64,000 nt of DNA from Candidatus Gottesmanbacteria bacterium (GTDB taxonomy: Bacteria; Patescibacteriota; Microgenomatia; 2-02-FULL-39-11), in assembly GCA_016186795.1 (NCBI GenBank), contig JACPKY010000002.1, positions 465,044 to 529,043 on the forward strand, given 5' to 3'. A program made the translations under genes and the position numbers. A model generated the notes under the pieces. That model was not told where the DNA came from and made no database searches. It saw nothing but the letters and a program-made list of their open reading frames with translations. Shown here piece after piece: positions 63,840 through 64,000 of this stretch (position 1 is the stretch's first letter; each line of letters opens with the position of its first letter).

Positions 63840-64000
63840 CAAGCTTCCTTATGGACTTTTTTCCGGCGATAAAATCTCGATAAAAAAAAGCAGCTGCCGG
63901 AGAAACAACAATACATTCGCCGCTTTTTGCCCGTCCATTGGCAACTCTAAAAGCATCCTCTAAAGTAGAAGACTTATGGAGCTGACTTTTGGGAAGATTA
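63811..64000 (-). CDS. Partial (3' end only) gene, possibly the C-terminus of a Mur ligase (MurD-like)
   Basis: Frame ending at TAG 63808-63810 reads ...RVANGRAKSGECIVVSPAAAFFYRDFIAGKKSIRKL..., reminiscent of the Mur ligase C-terminal (LLSPACASFDQF) region. The ORF-track frame 63650..63916 is low complexity. Confidence 0.25.

Noticed and set aside
63650-63916. 88-aa minus-strand ORF (MYCCFSGSCFF...)
   Set aside because: Low-complexity translation. An alternative minus frame ending at 63808-63810 gives a more protein-like (Mur-ligase-like) C-terminus, and the plus-strand LysW-like ORF occupies the rest.

Overview
This low-GC (~37%) bacterial window is tightly packed and almost entirely minus-strand. 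Its content resembles a Patescibacteria/CPR-like or Gram-positive-like organism. The standard genetic code applies: several genes end in TGA overlapping the next start (ATGA), and an RF2 gene (prfB) is present.

Coordinates 1-36 kb are an unusually dense surface-glycan locus, comprising:
- at least 13 polytopic GT-C-type membrane glycosyltransferases (ArnT/PMT GT39/83-like, YfhO, PIG-V-like);
- 8 GT2 enzymes, including DPM1/GtrB-like polyprenol-phosphate sugar synthases and one GT2-GtrA fusion;
- a GT4 and a Wzx flippase;
- dTDP-rhamnose genes rmlA/C/B/D, the UDP-xylose pair ugd+uxs, and three further SDR epimerases, one carrying a Cys4 zinc-ribbon insert;
- a SAM-methyltransferase broken by an in-frame TAA.

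Coordinates 35-53 kb are a cell-surface protein island, comprising:
- a CAP-domain protein and a sortase;
- a LamG + lamin-tail protein with long TPTPTE linkers, and an S8 protease with the same linker;
- a paralogous family of secreted Asn/Thr-rich tandem-repeat proteins.

The principal hunt result concerns these repeat-protein operons and the LamG gene. Each is preceded by a conserved stem-loop (loop ACCGCA[C/A]ACGGA, covarying lower stem). This stem-loop is mutually exclusive with an intrinsic terminator, so it is a candidate novel attenuator or riboswitch-like leader. A 54-aa DUF2292/YezD ORF absent from the ORF track is embedded in one leader.

Coordinates 52-64 kb hold housekeeping genes:
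- tsaB (truncated), tsaC and tsaE; a GNAT; ftsE/ftsX plus an apparently circularly permuted M23 peptidase;
- prfB without the canonical frameshift, and an NRAMP transporter;
- an ATP-grasp enzyme, a threonine-synthase-like PLP enzyme, and a small LysW-like zinc-ribbon ORF.

No rRNA, tRNA, CRISPR array or obvious mobile element was seen.
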